A DNA stretch of 64,000 nt from Bacteroidota bacterium. Lineage in GTDB: Bacteria; Bacteroidota; Ignavibacteria; Palsa-1295. Below, one piece after another: positions 9,528-18,946 of the stretch. How positions within the stretch are numbered: position 1 is the first letter of the stretch; each line of letters opens with the position of its first letter. The notes below the pieces were generated by a model. That model saw only the letters and a list, made by a program, of their open reading frames with translations, did no database searches and was not told the origin of the DNA. The stretch lies in assembly GCA_030706385.1 (NCBI GenBank), contig JAUZOQ010000006.1, forward strand, positions 1,196-65,195. The letters run 5' to 3'. Both the position numbers and the translations under genes were made by a program.

Positions 9528-10232
9528 ATGTTTCATATCTACTGCGATTTTGATGCTACCGTTACTATAAATGATGTCTGGGACAGACTGTTCAGACAGT
9601 TCGGTGATGAACGGGCGTTCAATGTCTGGGGCAAATTCAATTCAGGTGAGTATGCTGCCGCTCAATGTATTTCCGAGGCCTGCAGCACGGTGAAGCAAGC
9701 TCCAGAGAAGGAGCTCATGGCACTTTTCGAAGCAGAGCCGTTACGACCGGGATTTATCGAGTTAATCGACTTCTGCGCGAATGAGAATATTAAGCTTACG
9801 GTGGTTAGCGATGGCTTCTCTTTGTATATTCGGCCAATCTTTGCAAAATATGGAATCGAGGTGCCATATTACGCCAATACGGTTGAATTGACTGCCCAGG
9901 GAACACTTACGGCGGAATTTTTGAATGCCAGAGAGTCCTGCCGATTTTGCGGTGCCTGTAAGTGTGGTACGATCCTTACAACTTCTGCCGATGAGGACAC
10001 GATTATCTATGTTGGCGATGGATATTCGGATCATTGTCCTGTAGAAATATCGGATGTTATCTTCGCCCGAGATATGCTAGCTAAATTCTGTTCGAGGGAA
10101 AATCTACCGTACCACCCATTCGAAGATTTCTTTCAAGTTAGAGATGTTATAAAGAAGTACCTGATTGAGCGACCGAAGTACAAACGACTAGGGGCAACAA
10201 AGAAAAGAAAAGAATTGTATAAAACGGAGTAG
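9528..10232 (+). CDS. MtnX-like HAD-IB phosphatase
   Basis: CDFDATVT, VVSDG, CGACKC, YVGDGYSD and FAR motifs; ATG 9528 preferred over the GTG start in the track. Confidence 0.8.
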   Translation: MFHIYCDFDATVTINDVWDRLFRQFGDERAFNVWGKFNSGEYAAAQCISEACSTVKQAPEKELMALFEAEPLRPGFIELIDFCANENIKLTVVSDGFSLYIRPIFAKYGIEVPYYANTVELTAQGTLTAEFLNARESCRFCGACKCGTILTTSADEDTIIYVGDGYSDHCPVEISDVIFARDMLAKFCSRENLPYHPFEDFFQVRDVIKKYLIERPKYKRLGATKKRKELYKTE

Positions 10233-10254
10233 TATGAATCTGAGGGAGTAATCG

Positions 10255-11007
10255 ATGTATATTCGACCTAAAATATTTCAGCAATTTCCTGAGCTCATAA
10301 CGGCACAGTCAACTCGTGAAAATGGCGTGTCTCCCTATCCCTACGGACTAAACTTATCTAGTCATGTTGGCGATACGTCACAAAATGTCGAAGAGAATCG
10401 GAGAAGGTTTTACGAGGGGATTCGAGTACCTCCCGATGCCCGTTTTGTATATCAGAATCAAATTCATTCGTCAAACATTCATGTCGTTTCCGGAGAAGAG
10501 GGGATTGTTTTAGAATCCGATGCTCTTGTTACGAATAGTGAAAATGTCTTTCTCGTAGTAAGTATTGCTGATTGTACTCCCGTCTTGCTTTACGATCCGA
10601 TCTCAAAACTCACGGCTGCTATTCATGCAGGATGGCGTGGCACCGAACAACTCATTTCCCCCAATGCAATACGGAAGCTTGTTGAACTTGGTGCGTCGCC
10701 ACGAAATATTTATGCTTTCATCGGGGCGTCAGCATCAGGCGCTAACTATGAGGTTGGAGTCGAAGTAGCAACCTTATTCGAAAAAGAGTATTATACCGAG
10801 ATTAGCAATGGGAAGTGCCTGTTGGATATCAAGAAAGCAAATCGTGACCAATTACTGATAGGAGGGGTACCGCTAAGGCAAATTGAAGTATCCGATCGAT
10901 GCACGATCTCAGATCTCAACCTGCACTCCTATCGAAGGGATGGTCGAAAGTCAGGAAGAATGTTTGCCGTAATCGGAAGGATTAGCGGCGAAAAGGCTCT
11001 TAGGTGA
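10255..11007 (+). CDS. pgeF: PgeF/YfiH-family protein (peptidoglycan editing factor / purine nucleoside phosphorylase)
   Basis: NQIHS, ADCTPVL, AIHAGWRG and SYRR..GRM motifs. Confidence 0.92.
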   Translation: MYIRPKIFQQFPELITAQSTRENGVSPYPYGLNLSSHVGDTSQNVEENRRRFYEGIRVPPDARFVYQNQIHSSNIHVVSGEEGIVLESDALVTNSENVFLVVSIADCTPVLLYDPISKLTAAIHAGWRGTEQLISPNAIRKLVELGASPRNIYAFIGASASGANYEVGVEVATLFEKEYYTEISNGKCLLDIKKANRDQLLIGGVPLRQIEVSDRCTISDLNLHSYRRDGRKSGRMFAVIGRISGEKALR

Positions 11008-11036
11008 ATGCTAGAACTCCCAGCAAATCAATAAGA

Positions 11037-12824
11037 TTAAGGTTTTTCAACTACTGGCTTGGTCGGGTTGGCGCTCGTTTTTTTCTTGCGGACCTCAAGT
11101 TCTGGTACCATGACAGACTCTGGGCCTATCAGGGTTGCAGGCACCTTCCCTCCGAATGAAAAGAATGAACCTCCTGAACCGGCAGCCAGCCCCATATCCT
11201 TAGTTACTGTTTCCTTCGAAGTGATGATCTCGCGAAGATCTCGCGCAGTCGGAAAACTGATTTCAGTACCACGGACGAGTTTCTCAGTCCCATCCTTGGT
11301 CGATACTTGATATACCAAAGCTGGCGACAATGATTTTCCGCTCTCGAGCATATCTCCGATATTTCCCATACCTTCGCTAAAAATTAGTGATCCTTTTTCG
11401 AGAGAACGAACAATAAAGGCATACTCATAGCCATCTTCTTGAGCGCGCTTAAGAAGATCTTTTCTCATTTGACTTGATCTTACTGCTTTCTTATCGGTAA
11501 TTTCCACAACTCCCGGTCCCGCCGTTGTGCCGCTTCCTATACCACCGGAATAGGGGCGAGTATGACCGTTCGGTTCTTTAACTTCCTTGGTCGGAGTTCG
11601 TGTCATATACAAGGTTTTAAGTATTCCGTTCTCCACCAGAGTGAGATTTCCTGGGACGACACCATCCTCGTCAACGGAATAATTTCCCAGATAAAGTCCC
11701 GACTTTGGCTTAACTAAGGGTATGTCTCTCAAACTCATCGAGGCTGGTAAAACACGTGTACCAATTTTCTTCTGGAAGGTGGGTCCTTTGCTCACGAGTG
11801 AAAAAACCGAACCTCCACCGAGCACATCTTCACGCTGTGCTGAAAGTTTTGCTACGATCTGTTCTGAAATAAAGTCACTTCCTGCATCTCCTTCAAAGAG
11901 AACCGGTCCCGTATATTCTTTTCCATCAAATTTTGCAGCTGTCGTCAACGCAACAAGACTTTGGGCTAGATTCTCAGTTTTCTCCATTAATAGTGCCCGA
12001 TCTGGCAATAACTCCGGCGAACGTGCGGAAAACGAAATGGAAAGCGAAAGAGGCTCCCCGTCATCAGCTGCTTGTGCCGATGCCTGAATCGTTAGGTCAC
12101 ATGTCGTCTCAGGTTTGCGGAGATTCGTACCTTCGGTATTCTTAAGAAAAAGATACGAGTTATTCGAAGCCAGGGAAACATTGCAGTTCTGTATCGGCTT
12201 GTACTTTGAAAAAATCGCTGAGAGATCACGAATGAGCCCTTCAAGCTTAGCCTTGTTGATCTGAATATCAGCTGGGGGTTCAATAACTTCGACTTTAGGA
12301 GCTTTCGCAAAATCTGGTAGGTCGCGGTCCTCGTCGGTTAATTGCTTTCGTTCAAGAGCAGCTTTCTTCTTTGTGAAAGTTTCATTTGCCTCTTTGAAAA
12401 GATCATCTGTGGCGAGCCAAAAAGCTCGTCTAATAGTATTATAATCGTCATCAAGAGGAAGATTCATATCGATCGGAGTGCCGCCACCGAAGATTCCGCC
12501 TCCGGCATCACCAAAATTTTCATCATTCAACTGATAATTGTTGATAAGCAAGCGAAGGTTCAATTGCCGTTGATGAGAAAATGCTGAACGAGTCAGTGCG
12601 CCAAATGAGGCAACGATATCAAGTCGATGATTGTCGCTCACGGAATAAGATATGAAGAATGGATCGATCAAACCGTTCAGTTTAAGTTGACTCTTGGAGC
12701 GATCAAGTTCGTCGCCCATTGCACGATCGATGATAGAAATGGCTTGGTCACTCAATTTCTGTGCTCGAACCGGAATAGTCGTTCCGACAAAAAGTAAGAG
12801 GACGAGGAGAGTAGATTTATTCAT
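11037..12824 (-). CDS. TldD/PmbA-family protein, PmbA-like (no HExxGH), with signal peptide
   Basis: YTGPVLF, DEDGV...LVENGIL, NGH and LVRG motifs; N-terminus MNKSTLLVLLLFVGTTIPVRA-Q; start could be 12842 or 12872. Confidence 0.8.
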   Translation of the reverse strand: MNKSTLLVLLLFVGTTIPVRAQKLSDQAISIIDRAMGDELDRSKSQLKLNGLIDPFFISYSVSDNHRLDIVASFGALTRSAFSHQRQLNLRLLINNYQLNDENFGDAGGGIFGGGTPIDMNLPLDDDYNTIRRAFWLATDDLFKEANETFTKKKAALERKQLTDEDRDLPDFAKAPKVEVIEPPADIQINKAKLEGLIRDLSAIFSKYKPIQNCNVSLASNNSYLFLKNTEGTNLRKPETTCDLTIQASAQAADDGEPLSLSISFSARSPELLPDRALLMEKTENLAQSLVALTTAAKFDGKEYTGPVLFEGDAGSDFISEQIVAKLSAQREDVLGGGSVFSLVSKGPTFQKKIGTRVLPASMSLRDIPLVKPKSGLYLGNYSVDEDGVVPGNLTLVENGILKTLYMTRTPTKEVKEPNGHTRPYSGGIGSGTTAGPGVVEITDKKAVRSSQMRKDLLKRAQEDGYEYAFIVRSLEKGSLIFSEGMGNIGDMLESGKSLSPALVYQVSTKDGTEKLVRGTEISFPTARDLREIITSKETVTKDMGLAAGSGGSFFSFGGKVPATLIGPESVMVPELEVRKKKTSANPTKPVVEKP

Positions 12825-12888
12825 TTTGCGGCTTATTCTCATTATCGGATAGTATGGCTGTATCTTAATCAATTGTGTCTTTCCCAGG

Positions 12889-14622
12889 CTAGCTCTTGCT
12901 GGATGCTTTCAGGTCAGGTGCAGGTAAGATCGGCAGTCTTTCTTGTGATTTTTCCTTTTTCTGAACTTCGATCTCGCGAACGAGAAGGCTAGGGCTTGAA
13001 GCACTGACAGGCACCCAACCGGATTCAGCTCCGCAGACACCATTGAAGGTTTCAGGCTTATCGCCGGCAGCGATGATACGTTCGAACGTCGCTAGCGGCG
13101 TTCCGATGAGGTCAACGCCGCGAACAAGTTCGTCAGGTCTTCCATCGGCATACACTCTATAGACAAGAATAGGAAGCACATTGAATGAATTGGGGATCGT
13201 GCGGCCAGTGAGGGTGAATCCGCCTTCGACCTGCACAAAGTTCAAGCCATATGGCTTCTTCTGTTTCTTGCACTCAGCGATAAGTAGCCCCCTGAGCGAG
13301 TCTTCGGATACAGTCCGATTGGCAGTGACTATAAGATTGGATTGCCGCGCAACAGGTCGTTTGCCCGGAGACGCTCTGCCGTGACCATTCGATTCACTAA
13401 ATCCTTCGATGGGGGAGCGTCCCATCAAAAAGCGTTCGAATACTCCATTTTCAACAACGTCGACTCTCCGTGCCCTTACTCCTTCATCGTCAAATGCATA
13501 ACAGCCCATTAGCTGAGAACCAGCGTATGTTTTTTGGAGAGGGTCAAAATATACAGATAGAAAGTCAGGCAGTATCTTCTCGCCAATCTTTTTCTTAAAA
13601 GTCTGTCCTTCGTTCGTATTTTTTTGACGGTGCCCTTCAATTCGATGTCCGAAAATCTCGTGGAAGAACACTCCCGATGCACCTCCTGAAAGGATTGCGG
13701 GTCCCGTGTAGGGGTCGACAAGCGGTGCTGTCCGCATTTTCTCCAACGTAGCCAACATTTCTTTGGCATCGGCTAGAATCACTTCGTCTGAAGGCAGGTC
13801 GTCAGGCTTAATGGCAAAATAACTCTTGTAGAGCGGTAGCTCCATGCCATCACTTGCTTTTGTCATCGCCTGGATCATTAGACGTACATAGATCTGATTC
13901 GACGCCATGAGCGAGCCCTCAGTAGAAACGAAATATTTCCTGACGATGCTTGCCACAAGCGAAGCCTTGGCTTCATAGATGTGCTCCATACCTCTGAAAA
14001 CTTCTGAATATTTCCTAAGCCTTTCTTCCCATTGTGATCGGTTCTTAAAGAATGAAGTCATTTCAACAGGATCCTCGTAAAGCGAGGCAGGGGGTCCTGA
14101 AGGTTTTGAGAAATCTGCAGAACTGTCTTCTTCTTCGACCTTAATGGTGCGGTTCGTCTTGACTTCTTCAAGTCTTTCTTTAGCCGATTTGTAAGCAGCA
14201 TCGGTTTCGCGCCACAGTGCAATGCGTAGGGCTTCAGGATCATTTTCAATTGGTGCTTGACGGCTATTTGCACCTGCGAATCCGCTGCCGCCAAAGAAAC
14301 CGGCATTGGTACGAATCTGATGGGTATTGTCGAGCTTATAATCGCCGACACGAAGATCGATAAGGAGTGTGCGACTTCGGCTTGAATCCGAGCGGACAAG
14401 TGCCCCAAAACTTGAGACAATCGTTACGTTTTGGTCGTCACCGAGATTGTAACTTATGAAGTACGGAGAAGTAGATTGCTTCGAAAGTGTAGCGTTCTCT
14501 CGTTTCAATTCTCCTGAAAGAATATCGAGAATTGGATCTGCCCCAGTTTGTGCCCGAAAAGTTGAAGGGACTGCAAGGGTGATCAGAAGTAAGAGAAAAA
14601 ATGCGTTCTTAGGATATCTCAT
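12889..14622 (-). CDS. TldD-family metalloprotease with signal peptide
   Basis: FFHEIFGHRIEG zinc motif, DDEGV, NGHGRA, GVCGAESG; N-terminal signal peptide ending FRA-Q. Confidence 0.9.
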   Translation of the reverse strand: MRYPKNAFFLLLLITLAVPSTFRAQTGADPILDILSGELKRENATLSKQSTSPYFISYNLGDDQNVTIVSSFGALVRSDSSRSRTLLIDLRVGDYKLDNTHQIRTNAGFFGGSGFAGANSRQAPIENDPEALRIALWRETDAAYKSAKERLEEVKTNRTIKVEEEDSSADFSKPSGPPASLYEDPVEMTSFFKNRSQWEERLRKYSEVFRGMEHIYEAKASLVASIVRKYFVSTEGSLMASNQIYVRLMIQAMTKASDGMELPLYKSYFAIKPDDLPSDEVILADAKEMLATLEKMRTAPLVDPYTGPAILSGGASGVFFHEIFGHRIEGHRQKNTNEGQTFKKKIGEKILPDFLSVYFDPLQKTYAGSQLMGCYAFDDEGVRARRVDVVENGVFERFLMGRSPIEGFSESNGHGRASPGKRPVARQSNLIVTANRTVSEDSLRGLLIAECKKQKKPYGLNFVQVEGGFTLTGRTIPNSFNVLPILVYRVYADGRPDELVRGVDLIGTPLATFERIIAAGDKPETFNGVCGAESGWVPVSASSPSLLVREIEVQKKEKSQERLPILPAPDLKASSKS

Positions 14623-14824
14623 TATTAAATTGAATTCAAGCCTTGTACTAAGGGTTAAATTTATGGTACGGTTCCTTATGCATGAGGTTACAATTTTGGA
14701 TCAGTAATCGCATTTCATTATTCCCGATCAGGTGGTACAATCAGAAAGCATAGCACCAAAGAAGCTGAAATATGGTTGATTTGACGTTATTAAGGAAATG
14801 GTTTAAGAATGTATTATAATTGAA

Positions 14825-15307
14825 ATGGAGATTATGAAAATAAAGGTAATAACAGTAGTTCTCGTTTTCATTGGTTTTACTGGGCTTTTTTGGATAAGCA
14901 CTTCTGCTCATTCACACACTGGTTCTAAAACTATTTCAGTTGCTCCCGATACAAGTATTCACTGGGACAAAATGGATCGTTCCGAACGCATGGCCTATAT
15001 GAAGCAGGTGGTGTTCCCGACGATGAAGCCGTTATTCGCTGCCTTCGATCCTAAGAAATTCGGTAATATGAAATGCATCACGTGTCATGGGAATGGCGCG
15101 CTCGATGATTCATACAAAATGCCAAATCCTCAGATTTGGAAATTGCCGCGTACGAAAGAAGGCTGGGCAAAAGCGGATACGAACTACATGAACTTTATGA
15201 GGACGACGGTTAAAGTAAAAATGGCCGATCTTCTTGGCTTGCATCCCTATGACAAGGATCATAAGGATGGGTTTGGCTGCGGTAACTGCCATACGGATGA
15301 GCAGTAA
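14825..15307 (+). CDS. Exported small dihaem c-type cytochrome
   Basis: Two CxxCH motifs (CITCH, CGNCH), Met-rich, N-terminal signal or anchor. Confidence 0.8.
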   Translation: MEIMKIKVITVVLVFIGFTGLFWISTSAHSHTGSKTISVAPDTSIHWDKMDRSERMAYMKQVVFPTMKPLFAAFDPKKFGNMKCITCHGNGALDDSYKMPNPQIWKLPRTKEGWAKADTNYMNFMRTTVKVKMADLLGLHPYDKDHKDGFGCGNCHTDEQ

Positions 15308-15328
15308 GTAAAACTAAAATTTCAGATA

Positions 15329-15369
15329 ATCAAGAACCCCGGAAAGCATTGCTTTCCGGGGTTCTTGAT
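15329..15369. terminator. Perfect 19-bp-arm hairpin (terminator or REP-like), copy 1
   Basis: atcaagaaccccggaaagc-att-gctttccggggttcttgat. Confidence 0.8.
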
Positions 15370-15539
15370 ATTTTAAGAATAATAGTCACTATTAATCGAA
15401 GAGGCAGTTGTTCATCCCTTTTGCCCTGATTTCAGGATACCATGTAACTTTAGGAATGAAAAGGTGTTTTCTTTTTGATCGAATGTGACTTGGGAATCTC
15501 GGCCTCTGTAAAGTAGCGTTTAATAACAACTGATCTGTT

Positions 15540-17234
15540 ATGAATATGCGAATTCGTCCAATACTGTTTTTTTCCTTGGTTCCACTGTTATTTTTTCCAC
15601 AAACCATTTCTGCACAATGGGAGACCCTTGGTAATACGCCATATGCCTATGGCAACGGCCCGGCGCTTTTTGTCTATTTTTTGGCGCCCATGGGTCAACC
15701 GAATGTCGGGTACTGTTCCTTCGAGAACCTTGATACATTGTACAAAACAACAGATTTCGGCAAAACCTGGAAAGCAAATTTTGCCTCTCCGTTTTCTACG
15801 TATAATAATTATGTGACCGACATTGCTTTTAAAGATTCTCTTCATGGTTGGATTTGTACTGCTGACGCTACTTATTCAGGAGACCGTTCAAAAATGAGCG
15901 GCAGAGTCTATTCAACATCTGACGGGGGGAATTCCTGGCAGGAAGCATCGCCGATGACGGGCAGTTATTGGGAGCTTAACTATAATCCTCTCAGTCATTG
16001 CCTCATTGCCGATGGGAATGAGATAACCAGTATAGTAATCAGTCGTGATGACGGGGCAACATTTACCCGTATCGGCGATATCGGATCTCTCTATTATGAA
16101 TACATGGGTATTTTATTCATTGAAGATAGTACTATTCTCATTTTTGGGGATGGTCAACATTATTACCAGAATCTCCGCTCGACTGATGCAGGACTAACCT
16201 GGACAAAAATTTCTGTCCCTTCATCTAATGCTATTCTTCATCCGTACTACAGTAGTGAGTCATGTCAAGCTTTTTACATTGGCGGCCAGACTCTTTTTGT
16301 ATCAAGTGATAAAGGCCTGACTTGGAACGCTCGATATACTTTCGCCAAACCAACGAATGGACAGATAGTAGGGGCATGCGGGTATATTGCTACAGCCTAT
16401 TCTTCCCCTAATCTTTATGATTCCGCGACTGTACTGCTTTCCTCTGATTATGGACGAACATGGCAAGATATCGGAAAGCACTATCAGTACAATGGTTCGC
16501 TGTTTGATTTTATGAAGATGGATCCGACGGGCATATATCTGATAAATAATGGAGTTATTCAAAGGTATTCGTTGCCAAAGTTGCTGCTGATTTACACAGG
16601 TTCTCCAACAACGTATGTCACACCAAATGGGTTTGAGACAGATATACCTTTATTCTCGAAAACGAATTGCTTCGACGTAATTGTTTCATTGTCTTCCTGG
16701 AACGACGCCACTTCCAATGTAGTATCTTCAACCGGTTGGGATATTGTAACGAAACAATTAGGCCCCGGTCTGTACGAGCTTATTGGAACAAGAAACGGCG
16801 GCGATTCTTTAAGTGGAACGTTGCAGATATGTCAGAACATTACTGACATCGGAGAGCAAACAGTCACGATTGAGCCGGATCCTCTCGATGCAGCCACGCT
16901 TGCCAGTTGTGAAGAATCTAAGACTACTTACAATCTTCCTGGTTGCGGAAGTCAAACACTTTCTGATTTTATGCGTACGGGAAAACTTCCTGAATTCACC
17001 ATCTTCCCAAACCCTGCGGAGAACTCCATCAACATCCGGAGTTCAGTCAATGGGAATGCCGATGTAAAGATCTTCGATCAGCTCGGAAGAGCAGTCGTGA
17101 GCTCTCATCCATTTGCTTTCGGCAGAGATCAAAATACATCGATCGATGTAAGTAAATTAGCAAGTGGGATATACTTTGTACGAATCGAATACGAGGGGTT
17201 TGTGAGGAACCGGGAAATTGTTGTTAATCATTAA
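15540..17234 (+). CDS. Secreted BNR/Asp-box beta-propeller protein with T9SS type A C-terminal domain
   Basis: Signal peptide ISA-QW; repeated S/T-x-D-G-G-x-S/T-W motifs; C-terminal IFPNP...DQLGR...LASGIYFV. Confidence 0.85.
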   Translation: MNMRIRPILFFSLVPLLFFPQTISAQWETLGNTPYAYGNGPALFVYFLAPMGQPNVGYCSFENLDTLYKTTDFGKTWKANFASPFSTYNNYVTDIAFKDSLHGWICTADATYSGDRSKMSGRVYSTSDGGNSWQEASPMTGSYWELNYNPLSHCLIADGNEITSIVISRDDGATFTRIGDIGSLYYEYMGILFIEDSTILIFGDGQHYYQNLRSTDAGLTWTKISVPSSNAILHPYYSSESCQAFYIGGQTLFVSSDKGLTWNARYTFAKPTNGQIVGACGYIATAYSSPNLYDSATVLLSSDYGRTWQDIGKHYQYNGSLFDFMKMDPTGIYLINNGVIQRYSLPKLLLIYTGSPTTYVTPNGFETDIPLFSKTNCFDVIVSLSSWNDATSNVVSSTGWDIVTKQLGPGLYELIGTRNGGDSLSGTLQICQNITDIGEQTVTIEPDPLDAATLASCEESKTTYNLPGCGSQTLSDFMRTGKLPEFTIFPNPAENSINIRSSVNGNADVKIFDQLGRAVVSSHPFAFGRDQNTSIDVSKLASGIYFVRIEYEGFVRNREIVVNH

Positions 17235-17258
17235 CGCAATGAATTTGAGATCGGAATA

Positions 17259-17296
17259 AGAAAAACCCCGGAAAGCATCGCTTCCCGGGGTTTTCT
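17259..17296. terminator. Bidirectional terminator hairpin, copy 2 (ends rplL and the T9SS gene)
   Basis: agaaaaaccccggaaagc-atc-gcttcccggggttttct between convergent genes. Confidence 0.85.
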
Positions 17297-17328
17297 AAAC
17301 TGTCAGCTGTTCGCTGTCGGCTGTACGC

Positions 17329-17709
17329 TTATTTCAGCTCAACCTTGGCGCCGGCATCTTCAAGTTTCTTCTTGAGAGCCTCGGCATCGGCTTTGGAGAT
17401 GCCTTCTTTGACTTTCTGAGGGGCTCCATCGACCATGTCCTTGGCTTCCTTCAATCCGAGACCAGTTGCCTCGCGGACTGCCTTGATTACATTGATCTTC
17501 TGGGCGCCTGCATCAGCGAGAATGACGTCAAATTCCGTCTTCTCTTCTGCTGCCGGTGCTCCACCGCCTGCTGCGGGCATCATTCCGCCCATCATTACCG
17601 GAGCAGCAGCTGTCACGCCGAATTTATCTTCGAGCGCTTTCTTCAGCTCTGCCGCTTCGCCCAGCGTCAAGCTGGAAATTGTTTCTACTATTGCATTAAT
17701 ATCTGCCAT
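17329..17709 (-). CDS. rplL: 50S ribosomal protein L7/L12
   Basis: [35 protein letters not shown]. Confidence 0.99.
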   Translation of the reverse strand: MADINAIVETISSLTLGEAAELKKALEDKFGVTAAAPVMMGGMMPAAGGGAPAAEEKTEFDVILADAGAQKINVIKAVREATGLGLKEAKDMVDGAPQKVKEGISKADAEALKKKLEDAGAKVELK

Positions 17710-17778
17710 ATTCTGCTCCTTGTTAAAAAAAAATATAGTGGTTAGTTTGAAGCTTAACTATATTTGAGTGCGTAAACT

Positions 17779-18321
17779 TTATGCTGCCGTAGCTTCGACC
17801 TTCTTCTTCTCGATTGCATCGACGATATAGACGATGTCGCGCTGTAGCGCTCCGAGAACTCCAACGATTCCGGAAATCGGGGCAGCGAGGCTGCCGACGA
17901 TGCTTGCCATAATATCCTTCTTTGAGGGAAGGGCGGCAATGGTCTTGAGCTGTTTGCCATCATAGATCGTGCCATCAAGCCATGCAAGCTTCAGCGATGG
18001 TTTTTCCGAATTCGTCTTTTCTAAGAAATCTTTAAGAACTCTAGCCGGGGCCGCTGGATCTTCAAATCCGAAAGCGACAGCTGTCTGCCCTTTCATCGAT
18101 GCTGAGATTTGGTCGGTCAAAAGCCCCTTATCCGAAAGGGCGCGGCGTAAGAGAGTATTCTTCGCGATCTTATACTTCACCCCAGCTTTGCGAAATTGGT
18201 TGCGCAATTCGGTAGCTTGAGCGACTGTAAGTCCTTGGTAATCAGTAAAATAGAATGCTGAAGCGGATCCGACAACCTCGGTCAACTCACTTACGGCCTG
18301 TACTTTTTCGTCACGTGTCAT
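17779..18321 (-). CDS. rplJ: 50S ribosomal protein L10
   Basis: DYQGLTVAQATELR, KNTLLRRA, ALPSK; directly upstream of rplL. Confidence 0.98.
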   Translation of the reverse strand: MTRDEKVQAVSELTEVVGSASAFYFTDYQGLTVAQATELRNQFRKAGVKYKIAKNTLLRRALSDKGLLTDQISASMKGQTAVAFGFEDPAAPARVLKDFLEKTNSEKPSLKLAWLDGTIYDGKQLKTIAALPSKKDIMASIVGSLAAPISGIVGVLGALQRDIVYIVDAIEKKKVEATAA

Positions 18322-18605
18322 TGGCTCAACTTCCTGAAAAATCGTTGTTTATTGGGGTAATTCGATACCCATTTCTCATAGAGCGGAGAAAAACCTTCCG
18401 GAAGGGGGAAAAGTTCACCTAAACTAGGTTTTGAATCAGTTCTGGCATTTCTTCTAGAACTTCAATGGAGGGGAGTGTATCTTCTCGATAATTCACGCCG
18501 AAGTATAAAAGTTGGTATTTTACAAAACGTCACCATGAACTCCAAGGTGAGAATGACTGTTGTTATATTAAGAGAATTTCTTAAACTATTCTTACACTAG
18601 ACCTT

Positions 18606-18857
18606 ATGCGTAAAACTATTCTACTTTTGGCGCTCGGAATGTTCCTCAGCACCTCTGTTACAGCAAATGCATGCGACAAAGAAAAAGCTTCCATGAAATC
18701 ATCTAAGGCTCATGGATGCTGTATGAAGGGCAAAGCAATGAAAGATTGCATGACTAAGGACGGCAAAGATTGCTCGAAGGATCCAAATTGTGTGAAGGAT
18801 ATGAAAGCAAGCAAGACTTCGAAGACTTCTTTGAAGAAAACTGAAGGCAAGTCATAA
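18606..18857 (+). CDS. Small secreted Lys/Cys/Met-rich protein
   Basis: 22-aa signal peptide ending ANA; followed by its own terminator. Confidence 0.75.
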   Translation: MRKTILLLALGMFLSTSVTANACDKEKASMKSSKAHGCCMKGKAMKDCMTKDGKDCSKDPNCVKDMKASKTSKTSLKKTEGKS

Positions 18858-18876
18858 CATTTCGGAATTGAGAGAT

Positions 18877-18908
18877 AAAAAAAGGGACGTGTCCACGTCC
18901 CTTTTTTT
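18877..18908. terminator. Bidirectional intrinsic terminator
   Basis: A7-gggacgtg-tc-cacgtccc-T7 between convergent genes. Confidence 0.9.
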
Positions 18909-18946
18909 ATAGGAAAATTTCCGGCTGATCTATCTACCTAATAGAT

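Noticed and set aside
15335..17292. Two 29-bp palindromic repeats as a CRISPR array
   Set aside because: Only two copies, 1.9 kb apart, with no spacer-sized intervals and no cas genes.
18394..18405. ccggaagg resembling the SRP RNA tetraloop
   Set aside because: The flanking conserved CAGG/AGCAG internal-loop sequences are absent.
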